From contig NW_021832533.1 of the NCBI RefSeq assembly GCF_006345805.1, positions 124,001 through 188,000 on the forward strand: DNA of 64,000 nt. Direction: 5' to 3'. This DNA is from Octopus sinensis. Taxonomy: Eukaryota. Below, one piece after another: positions 1 to 12,280 of the stretch; the stretch's first letter is position 1; each line of letters starts with the position of its first letter. Position numbers and translations under genes: made by a program. The notes beneath the pieces are model-generated. The model was given only the letters and a program-made list of their open reading frames with translations, was not told the DNA's origin and did not search any database.

Positions 1-2570
1 AATTCAAAATGTCATTATAAACAGGAATCCGCCTCTGACATCTACAAGACTGATAGACCATAAATACGTCAACAAAGAATCACAAAACACATCCCAATTA
101 ATGTGTCTCAGATATCTCAGAGTGCTGAATGCCCCAAGCCTTACAGACAAACACCAATGCTCATGACCCGTCTTATACAAGACAGGCACAATTGCTCTAA
201 AGAAAACAACAGGATGATGATTTATAAAAACGAGCATCCACTCCTGTCTGACACCAAAGAGAGCCTTTTCTGCAATCTGTTCACCGTTATTAATATTTGG
301 ACAAGCCTGGAAATTTAGGTCGTCCAATAGAGATGCCCAAAATTGCACAAAAAGAGTGATAAATTGAACAGACAACACAGGTATGTCAGAATTAGCAAAT
401 AAACGACATATTTCATCGACAAATAATATCTACTGACTATGCAACAATACAAACTCCACATCGAGAATTATTAGTAGGATATGACTTGATTAAGTATGAT
501 ATTACTCTAGAAAACAGCTGATTATCCTTTTGGACAAATGCAGTGACACATTGAGACAACTAACACACAAAGATGACAAAATACATGTGTATGGAATAGT
601 GGGAGAGACTTTGTTTTGTGGAGAGGGAGAAGTATGTTTGTTAGGATATCCAGATTTCGTTGTCTAATTGGCACGACTAATCCCTCGATTATACTTAATG
701 TTCTTAAATGGATAATAACCTTAAATATATGTTAAGATACTCATCTACTCCATTAAAGCATTCTCCGTCGTAAATAAACCTTATTATATAATAGTTACAA
801 ATATTAATTAATTATAAATATAATATTTTTGTAATTATATAATATATTTAATAATCTTATTTAAAATTTATAATACAAATTAAATCATTAATTTAGATAA
901 ATTAAAGCTAAACTCTATGAATTTCCTACTTATTTATACTCAAAAAGTGTATTAGACATCCGCGAGAGAATAATCTGCCTCAAAGACAGAACCCTCGAAT
1001 ATATTCGGTGGAGAATCAATTCCAAATAATTCCTCTCTCGATTGTCACGTGAGTCAAACAGACCAATCATCTGTCCTTACCGTGTACATAAAATACCCTG
1101 CAAGTAATACTTTTAATGTGTTTGGCATGTATTTTTAGGCCATTCATATTCATTAGTTGTAGAAATATTTTATAGGCCAACTTTCATTATTAGTACAACC
1201 TACTTCTCTGTGTTGCCAGGACTGGTCCCGACACTCCTCAGGCATTTCTACGTTTATTCCGTCGTAGTATTCACACGGTGGAAGTTGACGGACAATATTG
1301 GCGTAGACCATGCTTACTGAGGCAGATAGAAATGTGTCACCAAATTGCAAATCTCGGTGGCAAATACAAAAATCTAATATTTCTAAAAGGATTCGCTCTT
1401 TTATGTCCTTTTCCCTTTGCAGGGTGTTGAGGCTAAAATCGAATATTAAACTAGCTTCTGCTAATTTTTGGAAATAGTATTTTTCTTTTAGTTTAATGTT
1501 GGTAATATCTGGATTTGGACTTTTATTAATTACCTTTTAAAAGTGGGGTATTTCCATAATTCTGAGGGACTTGATGGGAATGTAAACAAGGGGAAAACAT
1601 AACACACAACAACTAATTAAAATAAAAATTTATATTTATAAAATCTATTAATAAAAATAAATTAAAATATAGAAATTAATAAATCTCTTCATTATTTGAC
1701 CCTTCATCTTTTTTTTCATGAGCAACCTAAATACACAAATATAACAACAAACAATAAAGAAAATCCCATCCTCCACACATTTCATAGCACATTCATAGGA
1801 AGGGACCACCCCGTCGTCTGGATTGGGCATAATCACAGCCGAGGTGAAGGAGGGAGGCAGAGTATTCCGTGATCTACACGTTAATAACTCAAACCCACAC
1901 ATAGGCCGAGATATTGGCATGTCTTATGTCACTAATCAGTCTCCGTGAGGCTTCTTTGTACTTGTGGAAGTAGTTTATTGAGAGGGTCGAGAAGAGGACT
2001 GCAAATAAGAGGAGGATGAAGGAGGCGTATGAGTTGGTTCGGTTGGACTTGTTGGCCACAGTTCCTAAGAAGGTTAGTCTGTTTGTTTGGGGGACGTTGG
2101 AAGGATTTTTGTACCGAATAAAGCGAATCCAGCCACAGAGGATATTATGAATAATCCAAAAAATATGATGGAAAAAATGTAATACCGAGACTGTAACAAC
2201 ATTGATTAATTTTAATTATTTTAATTTTTTAATAAATTAAATATTTTCTTTGTTACTTTTATTTAATTAATTAAATAAGTAATTCAAGGACCAGTTCTTG
2301 TGGTCCCCTTGTCCCCTCAACCAAAATTTATCAAAAAACCTGTTAGTAAAAAAATTAAACATAACTAAGTAAAGTGAGTTGTAAAGTCCTTCATTTGTCT
2401 TTGTTTTGCGAGCTAAACAAGTCCTTGAGGTCCTTAAAATTACGATGATCAGTTCTCCTTTCGTAGGGAGAACAGAGCTGTATTTTAGGCTTAAAATAGA
2501 GGAGGACATTCTTACAGGAGCCGAGGAGTATTTTTCATGACTTCTGTCATATCTACATTGTCAGGCACAA

Positions 2571-2860
2571 CTAGGGGTACTCTTGGTAGACAATGTCCAC
2601 TCTCCCTCTACTGGGGAGTAATAAATGAACAAATATACTTTTTTGTGGGCTGTCTTATCTTTTCCGACAATTCAATTATCTGTAATGTTATAATATTCTA
2701 CTTCTGATTGTTGTTTTTTGCAATATTCCTCCAATTCGTATCGTTCTGTCACAAGTTGTTCGATTTCTGCAAACATTGAACAGGCTTTAGTCCTCTGTTC
2801 ACTCAGAGAAAGACCTTCAAATGAAAGAATTGGTTGTTCTGAAGTCCCTTGAGATGCCAT
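2571..2860 (-). CDS. Troponin I/T-like coiled-coil protein, partial multi-exon model
   Basis: ORF 2672-2860 plus a 22-nt GT-AG intron gives PILSFEGLSLSEQRTKACSMFAEIEQLVTERYELEEYCKKQQSE|IIELSEKIRQ, resembling the troponin IT-arm coiled coil. 5' exon and last exon are uncertain. Confidence 0.4.
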
Positions 2861-3086
2861 ATTTTATATTTGTGATGGAATTACTTATATTTGTACTATT
2901 AATTACGTTCGATATTAATTATCTGTCATTTCTGATGGATTGTGAGTAATTTTGGGCTAAAATGCGCCTCAAAATTTCTTCCATTTTTCTTTCTGTGGTG
3001 AAAGGAAATATTTGTTTTTATATTTTTTTATTATTGGATTTGAATATATTTGGGAAAAGTAATAAAATGTGTGATTAAAAATCCAT

Positions 3087-5060
3087 ATGCTTCGTTTCCG
3101 CAATGTCTATCGCTCTGTTCATAAATATGCTGCAGCCAATGAGCCAATGTTTAAGTTCGAACCCTCCTCTCCAGAACGAGCAGCAGTAGAAGAGCACCTG
3201 AAGAAATACCAGCAGCCAACAAATGTCCCAATCATTATAAATGGAGAACGTTTATTCACAGAAAATGTATCTGAACAAGTTGCGGTTAGTCATTACTTTT
3301 AAATAGCACAGCCATTTGACCATAAGAGAGTTCTGGCCAAATATTCCATGGCAACAAAGGTGTGGCACATTAATAAAACTGATAGGAAATGTTGGCTGAG
3401 TCCATAGACTCTTGTCTGTCTGCAAGGAGGGCGTGGGATCTAACCCCGTTGTCGGAGAGGGCTGATATTTATCTCAAAGCTGCGGATTTAATGGCCACAA
3501 AATATCGTTATGACCTGATAGCCACAACAATGCTTGGACAAGTCAATTCTCTGATTATATTTGGCAGGGGAAAACTGTTTTGCAAGCTGAAGTGGACTCG
3601 ACTGCAGAAATGATAGATTTTTTTAGATTTCACGTTCAATTTGCTTTGGTATATATAAAGACTGACTTTTCAGTCCCTCAATGAGTATGTCCCGACAAGC
3701 AACAGTCAGCGACTCAACAACTTTGTCCTGCGGGGATTGGAGGTATTCGGTGGTGGTCATTTTAGGGGTTTTGGGCATCGATAACTCCTTTCAACTTCAC
3801 AGCCATTGCCGGGAATTTGGCAGCGACTGCTTCTCTGATGGTATTCTGTGAGTAATAAACCAACAGGGCAATGTCACTGTGTGGAAACCCTCCAACTACG
3901 CAATCCTCTCGAACTATCTGGTCTATCAAATACTCGAGGAGGCGGGAATGCCGAGGGGGGTCATCAACTTTGTCCCCTCCGACCCTTCAATGTTCCTCCA
4001 ATCGGTCACTACTCATCCTAATTTGGCGGGAATATGTTTTACTGGCAGTTCAAAGTAAGTAAAATCAGTTCAAAAATAGAATTCAAAAAATCATTTACAA
4101 ACAACTCGGACAAAATATTGATCAATATACCTGTTTCCCGCGCTTAGTTGGGGGTATTGAAATGTATTGAGTAATAGAATGTGGCGGGAAAAACTTTCAT
4201 TTGATCCATCCGAGTGCAGACTTGGACTCAGTGGCAGCGGGGACAGTGTTGTCGGCCTTTGAATACAGCGGACAAAAATGTTCGGCCTGTTCTAGACTGT
4301 ATGTCCCGCGGTCAGTCTGGCCTGCCCTGAGGGAACAGATTGTGGCCATTCTTGAGAAGAAAGTGGTGGGCTCGCCTTTGGATTTGACTAGTTTTATGGG
4401 GCCGGTCATCCATAGACAGGTCATAGTGGCACATTAGTTTTAGTCATTCGATAATATATGCAGCTATATCGACTTTGCTAACAAATCTGAGGAGCATGAG
4501 GTTATTTATGGTGGTCAGTGTGATGACAGGTTGGGTAGGGGTTGGTTATAGTCCAATAGTGTCGGGTATTTTGTTCAACCAACTTTTATTGAGACAAAAA
4601 ACCCGACAAGCAAACTGATGGTTGAGGTTGGTTATTGACTGACTGGTAAGGAAATATTCGGGCCTGTTTTGACTGCTTATGTTTTCGATGATAAAGATTT
4701 CGATAAAATGCCCCAATTGATTGACAGGTCGACCAAATATTCTCTGACTGGGTCAATATACAGTCAGGACAGGTAAGACAACAACACTCACTCCACCAGA
4801 AGTGTCATTCAACGAGTGACCCAATCTCTCCGTCACTCCACTGGCAACTTTTATATAAACTGTAAGAGCACAGCCTCGATTGTGAATATGCAACCATTTG
4901 GAGGGGGTCGACTGTCGGGTATATCACTTTGTCAGTCATTATAGGCACTAATGATAAGACTGGAGGGCCTTTCTATTTGACCAGATTTATATCCCCTCTC
5001 ACCACCTCGGAGGCTCTGGGGCATGAGAGGACTCATACTCACCCCTCTATGGGTCAATAA
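3087..5060 (+). CDS. ALDH4A1: Delta-1-pyrroline-5-carboxylate dehydrogenase, 14 exons, 546 aa
   Basis: Motifs ITPFNFTAI, WKPS, FTGS, GECGGKNFH, YSGQKCSACSR, EEIFGP, QPFGG..SGTNDK. Removing 13 GT-AG introns (3285-3311, 3360-3385, 3542-3567, 3649-3673, 3743-3765, 3841-3866, 4055-4079, 4154-4177, 4420-4443, 4530-4559, 4627-4650, 4773-4799, 4919-4944; 333 nt total) leaves a 1641-nt open frame. Confidence 0.96.
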
Positions 5061-5132
5061 TTATTTATTAATTTTATTAATAAATAATCTACACTAATTG
5101 ATATTATTTTTTGGAATAAAATAATAAATTGG

Positions 5133-7230
5133 TCAAATTGTGCCCGCTCTTTCAATGTTGTCATGTGTGGTGGATATGACATGTCGTACTTCTCTCAGCA
5201 AACGACTGTAATTCCTGAGAAACATTGCATCAGTGGTCATATCAATAGTCGAATTCAACTTGGCAATCCTTCTCATCTGTGTATATCACAAAGAGACTCA
5301 TTAACCTGTTTAGTAGCGAACAGAGGAGGCCAAATGCAGTGCTCTACCAACACAAATATGACTTTAAGGTTCAGTCTGACTGACAAATTGAGGTCATTCT
5401 GGAAACTGTGCCCACAAATGTAATCAGATGTTATCAAAAAGAGAGCCACACAGCACGTGCTGGCAACCGACCGAATGTTCTCTTCCAAACCACTTTTCTC
5501 ACCACGAAAAAAATTCGCACTGAAAATTCCCACAATATCAATAAACTAAGAAATCTTTGTTGGATTCCCGCCAATACTCGACTTTGGCTTAATTTTCCCG
5601 CCATTTCTACCAACAGAGGTCGAATTGAGTTCACTCCAATACGAAATCCTGTTCTTTTTGAGCAGAGCCTCAATCGAGTTTGCCTCCGACCGAGAATCCC
5701 AGTGAAAGAACAAGACAACATCCACAACTGTCCTACTGACACAGTTCTCTACCATTACTGTGATGCTCTCACCACAAAGAGCAGCCTCAACATTAATGAG
5801 ATCCCGACTGAACTCCCCGTCCTTCGCGCTCTTCCTGTGACTCACAATGTGTCTAAACAGACTACGAGCCCTCAAGACAGTCCCCTCAGACATGTCCCCC
5901 AAGTAATGTGCCAAGTCCACAGCCACACACCTGCCTGTCCACGTGATTAATCAATTCACTTAAAAGAGCAGCCACGATGGGGGGCAAGTCAGAGAAGGAG
6001 GACTCACAAATCCCCAGGACGATTCGTTTGCCCCCCGAGATACAGGCAGAGATTATATTCAGACTCTCCTGGCAGCTTTCAACCAAGTTCTGAGTCGTTA
6101 AAATCAACAGGAATGTGCTCGAGTCAATCGAATTGAGTGTTTGGTGGCTTAAAACACAACAACTCGGATTAATTTCACGACTTTCCCCAATCTTGGCTGT
6201 GTGTTGAGGCCACAGTACCTTAAACCCAGAAAGTTCTAGAATTTTGACCACTTGAGTGAATATATGGCTATCCCGGGCATCGTAGAGGACATAGACGAGG
6301 TCATTTCTCTTACAAACTCGTCTTTCAACCTCGGAGGTCTTCCCTCGGGAGTCCTTTGCCCGAATAAAATTGTCACGTGAGAAAATAATTCGTTTTCTGA
6401 TGAAATAAGTGAAAGAATGACCGAATTTGATTGGTTTGGATGTGCATGTATTCGTGGAGGTCATTTTCTGTCATGCAGAGGAGGAGAGTGCCCTCAATGT
6501 CCTCCTCAAAGAACAGATCTGCCACTGGAGGGGACACCTGGATTGACCTGAGCCAATCCCTGACTTGGAATTTTGACCAGAATTCAATTTGTGTGCATTC
6601 AAATGACCTGTCATCGTCCCTGTTGGTTTTTAGTCGGTGGGAAATGTCGAAAGGAACAGCAAAACTGGAATAAAGTGTGAGAGAAAAGTACATTTGGATA
6701 TATTTGGAGAGTTGCTCTGCCAGAGTGGCCACATTGTGCACATTGTGGGGCAGAAAGTGTACATAATGAGTGGCCCACGCCTTGAGTTGAGTGAAATGTG
6801 TATTTTCAATGTGTTCAGTCTGGATGGCGATTACATTCAAGGACTGTTTTCGGTAGGAAATGAGTCGAAATTCGTGAAATGAGAACAAATTAGAGAAGTA
6901 GTCCTTCGTGATGAACACAAGCACGACACTCGCCTGTTCGATCACCCTCAGTCTCAGAGCCAGTCGATAGGCACTCTTTTTTAGCACTGAGTCGTTGTCA
7001 GTCCAGAACATGTTGGCCCACCCGTTCAGTTGGAGGTGTTTTGTCAAGTCACGAATTGTTTTTTGTGTGTAAAAATTGGCCTGTGTTGAGAAGGAGATTG
7101 CAATTTTTGTTTTTTGGTGGGGTTGTGTGGAGTTAGTCATGTTTGTGGTTGTTTTGGAACGGGTTATGGGAGGGTTGGTGTGTTTTGTGTGTTTTTTATT
7201 TATTTTTGTATAGTCTTTGTTTACTGACAT
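5133..7230 (-). CDS. TIR-SAM-TIR-TIR domain protein, multi-exon
   Basis: TIR1: KIAISFS...IEQASVVLVFITKDYFSNLFSFHEF. SAM: WSKFQVRDWLRSI...EEDIEGTLLLCMTENDL...IRKRI. TIR2: DLVYVLY...STFLLILTTQNLVESCQE. TIR3: DVVLFFHWDS...VALFLITSDY...WPP. Joined by introns 6397-6421 (25 nt), 5520-5546 (27 nt), a 29-nt last intron and one less certain intron near 5885-5930. Confidence 0.8.
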
Positions 7231-7399
7231 ACATTGTAGTGTTGCTTGGTTATACTACAGTTTATTATGTGACATGGGCAGCTGGCAACCGGTTACATTT
7301 TTTGACATTGTAGACGTCAAAATAAATGCCTTTGATTATCACAAATATTATTTTTATGCACCAATTATAGATTACATAATTCACACGGAGGAGTAACAA

Positions 7400-7700
7400 G
7401 ATTGAGTATGAGTGTCGACAAAAGATACTTCATTGTTAAAATTGAGATAATCAGAGAAGTCATTTGCAATTGTGAAGTATGTAAATTTGCTTGTTTATTA
7501 AAAGGCTGGTCATCATATTTTTGCTTCTCCGAATGAAAGGTTTCAGCTAGATCTTGTTGATCTATAAAGGTTTTCAGCTTTAAAATATGATTAAAAATGG
7601 ATTTTCGCAGTCATCAATGTTTGTAGAAGTTCTTAAACATTTTATTCAGATTTGTATCTGTCAGACCACATTTTCATGAATTTTCAAAAGAAGTATGCAA
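7400..7700 (+). mobile_element. Degraded retroviral-type integrase (Ginger-like) remnant
   Basis: Interrupted translation IREVICNCEVC...PNERFQLDLVDL...KWIFAVINV resembles an integrase zinc finger plus core start; contains stops. Confidence 0.4.
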
Positions 7701-7759
7701 CAACTTAATATTTCATTAATTTAATTTTAATTAATTTATTGAACCAGAAAACCACCGTC

Positions 7760-8290
7760 ATAGCCAAAAGAAAGAAGAATTCAGGTGATCCCAGCCTCCC
7801 TCAGCAGTTCGCGCAGCCTCTCCCGATGTTCCACCGTTGTCCCGACGCATTTTCGGTACGGACGGGGATTTTCAGGACGAACCTCTCTGTTGTTCCAGAC
7901 TTTTGGGATAATCTCTTTATCGGAGAAAGTATTCAGCAGGTTTGCCGCTTTCACCCGAATTTTGTCGATTTTTGATCGATTGTTTGCACTTAAGTTTGTT
8001 TCCCAGATTCCGCACGCATAGCCGATCGTAGGTTCCAAGTATTGATTATATATGTTGTTTATGCAATATAGGCCTTTGCATTCTCCTGCGTTCTTCAGGA
8101 AGGCATTCAGGAAATTAACCTTTCTTGCACCCGCCATAACTACATTTTCGACGTGGGTTGAAAAGGTTAGAAAGGTGTCGAATGTTACTCCAAAAATCTT
8201 CTGGGTTTTGCTCTGCGGTATAATTTCCCCGTCTAACTTCGCTTCAATTGAGACTTTCCCAAGCCATTTAATCTGATTGATGGAAACTGC
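7760..8290 (-). mobile_element. Non-LTR retrotransposon RT C-terminal fragment
   Basis: KIFGVTFDTFLTFSTHVENV...IYNQYLEPTIGYACGIW, typical of a LINE RT thumb region. Confidence 0.7.
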
Positions 8291-10439
8291 CTACTATAAA
8301 GCAATGAAAATGAATGTCCACAATAGTAAATACAATTTACTGTCGAATATAAAGTTTAGATAAAAATTATTAAATTAATTTATTTCCTGGAATATTGCCG
8401 ATTATTGCATAAATAAATTAGAAAATGCCGGCTAATAATAAATGTTGATTAGTTTGGTTATCCTTGTGGACATAACCAGGGGTTCTACGTGTAATTCGGA
8501 GAGTTGGTGGTTGATATTAACATGTTCAGTCCCTCAGAGAGTGCTGGCCTTCAGAAAAGAGTGGCCACTCCTCCCTTCCACTTACTTTGCCCTGTGTAAA
8601 TGCCCAATGTTTAAATACGGACATTCCCATGTGGACTTGGGTTGTGTTATAACGAATATTTGAGTGTGTTTGGAGAAGGGAGTGTGCTCGAGGGAGGACT
8701 ACAACCAAATTGAGGGGACTCTCTGCTGTGCTACTTTGGAAAGGCACTGTTCTGTCGAGATTGTTCGATTGGGTCTCTTCTTTGGTGTTACTTTATAGAT
8801 AGTCCTAAGGTTGAGGTGACTGCTTGGTCGAATAGTTCAGGACTTGAGTATAATTATATATGTGGATCCTCTGAATATGTATATTTTATTAATAATGTAT
8901 TTAAATGTATTCAATATATAGGATTTGACAGATCACATGTGCATAAATAATTGCTCACTAGATCAGGAATCTGTGAATGAATTAATTATAAAAAATAATA
9001 AACTAATTAAAAAAATAAGTAAAAATTATATAATATTAATAGATATTCCAACAATCATCAAATCTATTAATCTGACAAAAAACTCAACATTTTTAATTGG
9101 AACAGTCAGTCTAATAACCCCTTTGATGTATAATCAAATAAAAATATGTTATTTATCAAAATGCAGTTCAAAGCTGGAAAATGGTTAATTCTAATAACTC
9201 ACGTACACTCAGAGACAATCAAACTAATCTTCAGTCCTACAGCCTCAACCCACGTGCTAATTCTATATCTGACGACCCATCAAAACTACGAAATTGAATA
9301 TCACATAAATTGTAGTATTCGCTGTTCTAATTGACAGACACATCACCGGCTAGTCCTGTCTGGATTAGTTTGGAGTACACACAGAATGTTGTTGGGAATG
9401 TCACCAAGATTACGGTCTCGGTGATTATTTTGGTCATGTTTGTGGGTTATTATAAATATATGTAATGAGTAGTACTGATATATGTGTTTAATAGAAGGAG
9501 AGTTCTGCATTCATACTACACTCACATTCAGAAAAATGAAATTGATCCATTCGTTATTGAGCTTGACGAATCTCCCTATCACTCCACTGCTAATTTAAAT
9601 GCATTATGAATATTCAGGAAATATATTTTGTTCTTTAATTATTCAAATTAGACTGTTTTGACATTATAAATATAAGAAACATTTTTAAACCTTAAAAATT
9701 GAAAAAATTAACCTTAAAAAGTTAACTTTATTAACCTATAAACCAAAATTTTTAACTTTAAAATTAAAAAAATTAACTTTATTTTTTCTCAACTTAAACT
9801 TTTAAAGTTCTTAGTTTAAACTTTTATACGAGACGATAGAAGACAAAACTTATTTTAAGGACTATTTATTGAAAATTGAAATAACGTAATTTTCCAGATT
9901 TTGAGTACTAAAGTTTCTACTTGACCTCAAGAAACTCCTGAATTACGAAAAGCATCGTTCGACAGATGCTGAGGATGGCTGACAGTTTTAAAAAAATTAA
10001 TAATCTTCAGGAGAGATATTTTTGTATTCCATATTAATAATTTTCGTTAGATTGCTTTCCTAAATTCTCTTCTCCAAATATTTTTTAACCTCTATTTCAT
10101 CTTTCCCAAATTTTATTACACTAAGAGTCGAATATGCGTAGTCTATTGTGCATTCGTTACTCTCAAATTTAGCCCCCTCTGTTCTGCCAAATAATAATTT
10201 CGATATTGTTAATGGACAATTTATCCCAAAAGTATTACAAATAATATAAACTTATGTGATCGGATACGTGAAAAAAACTCTAGAAAACTGAAACTCCAAC
10301 GGCTGACTTATAATCGCAGAAGTTGATGATTATCTGAATTGATCCCACAGTTAATGATTATCTCGCCAAATATTCATTTTTATATATTGACGAATTTTTA
10401 ATATAGACTTATCTCTATTAGTAAAATAAAGATGGCACC

Positions 10440-11640
10440 TCAAAGTGACATGAATCGACCTGACAGACTCCGGGGGGTTGATGACTGACATTTTAGCCAT
10501 GACTAGAGACTAGATCAAAGCAATTAGATCATATCCTCGTGACTAATGTTAGCCCTGAGGACAATTATGCTCGAAATCTTATTGGTAGTCAAGTATTCTT
10601 TAGTTCTAATACCATTCTTTTTGATGATACATCCGACTATAACAACTATTACCCCTTCCGGATTTGTCTATAAGCGACTCACGCAAAAAATAAAGAAAAA
10701 TAAGTGAAAATCATTTCCTCTGTTCCCTATTAATTAACATTACATCCGTCCGGGCTAGTACCTTAGGACTATGTCTAATCCTCCACACTTTTCAACACAT
10801 ACCTAAGTGATATTCCTACACCACTTGAAAATGTATTTCTGTTCCTATACGCAGATGATATTGCGATTACATCATCTAACAAAGACCATTAATTGATAGT
10901 TGATTATTCTAAACGGGCTATCCCTATAACCAACTAAATCATCAGCCACTCTCCTAAAAAGTAATACACGAGAACACAATTTCACTCCGATAATCAAAAT
11001 TAACAATATTTAAATTCCCAACACCAAAACAGTCAAAATTCTCGGGATAACGTACTATACCTTCTTATCATTTTGCTAACACATTGAAAACCTGACTCAC
11101 AAATGCAAAATAAATGCCTAATACTCCTATAAAAACAATATATTTTCCCAACATTTCAAATCAATCATGAGCACCTCTGCTGTCAAAAAACTCCTTTAGA
11201 GACTACAATCAAAAACACACCAGAACTGCACTACTGCTGCATCCTAAAGTCATTCTCTATCAAAAAACCATCGGAAATAAAAGAACTAATAACAAAATCC
11301 TCCTTAAACGCACTAATCGCAAACAGTATCCTCAACAATCCCCCCAAAAGGATCTCAGCCGCAAAGATCAGGTCGAACTCGCAAGATTTCGCTGTGGCCA
11401 TTATCCTTTACTCCTCGACTATCAAAACAAACTGGATAAGGACTTTGATCCGTTCTGTCAAATTTGACATGCGGTAAAGCATGTTGTCCTGGATTGCAAA
11501 AACTCACCGCTATAAAAAGATCATATAAGATTAACTCCATCCTTAACTTATAGTGTGACCCTAAGAGGTCTGTCGGTTTTTTACGTGCCACATTCCTACA
11601 AATTTCAGGGGGGAATGGGGTTAAATAAATAAACCATAGC
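10440..11640 (+). mobile_element. Degenerate LINE (RT and C-terminal zinc finger remnants)
   Basis: YADD motif near 10850; ARFRCGHYPLL and PFCQI..HVVLDC near 11380-11500; (TAAA)n tail near 11622-11635; many frameshifts. Confidence 0.65.
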
Positions 11641-12117
11641 AGTTTCGGCTTTTAAAATATAGTTTAACGGCAGATTTTTATGGCTTGCTATCAATAAAAT
11701 TGTGTTTATGATATTGAAAATGCATTAATGTTTGGGGTCATTTAATAAGCGAATAAAAAGTTTGCTCATAATTCCCTTACAGGTGTATCCCGACAATTTT
11801 CGCAGATTATAATTTCAAGACATTTTTTTCCTGTTTTGCATAGAATATCATCTAGGTCAGGCATGCCAAAAGGAAAACAAGTGGTCCTTTTTGAGAGCCA
11901 CATAACATTTTAGAAAAGCCACAGAAATTCAGATCTTAAAGTCGGGAGAGTCGTCATTTCTTTCTAACTGTCTATTTGAGCTGGTATCTATGCATTTGCC
12001 AATTATCTTCAACTTTTCTCACTCTCCTCACGTCAAGATGAAAATGGGTAGACTGAGTTTGTTGAAAACTTGCTGATTATTTGCAAGATTAGAATTTTCC
12101 AAAATTGGGGGGTTTGA

Positions 12118-12280
12118 AACCGCTATTTCCAATTGGAATTGTTCTTCATGCCTGGGCACAGTCCAAACATCTCTAGCCACCCGTATGAAGAAAAACATTC
12201 GCTCCTTTATGGCTCGGGAATACTTCCCAGACTCGCCCCACTCCAATCATCAAAGTTGCACAAACAGTCTTAATGTGTCA
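12118..12280 (+). mobile_element. Isolated internal fragment of the PHD-CRE element
   Basis: About 160 bp nearly identical by eye to 23889-24048. Confidence 0.8.

Noticed and set aside
4-2509. ORFs 4-378, 103-318, 1153-1350, 1648-1920, 2267-2509
   Set aside because: Possibly exons, but I could not build a consistent splice model or recognise any motif.
5546-5548. In-frame TAG inside TIR3 suggesting readthrough or an altered genetic code
   Set aside because: Explained by the 27-nt GT-AG intron at 5520-5546; genes terminate at standard stops.
8442-9500. Short ORFs in a slightly GC-richer patch
   Set aside because: No coherent frame, motif or splice model.
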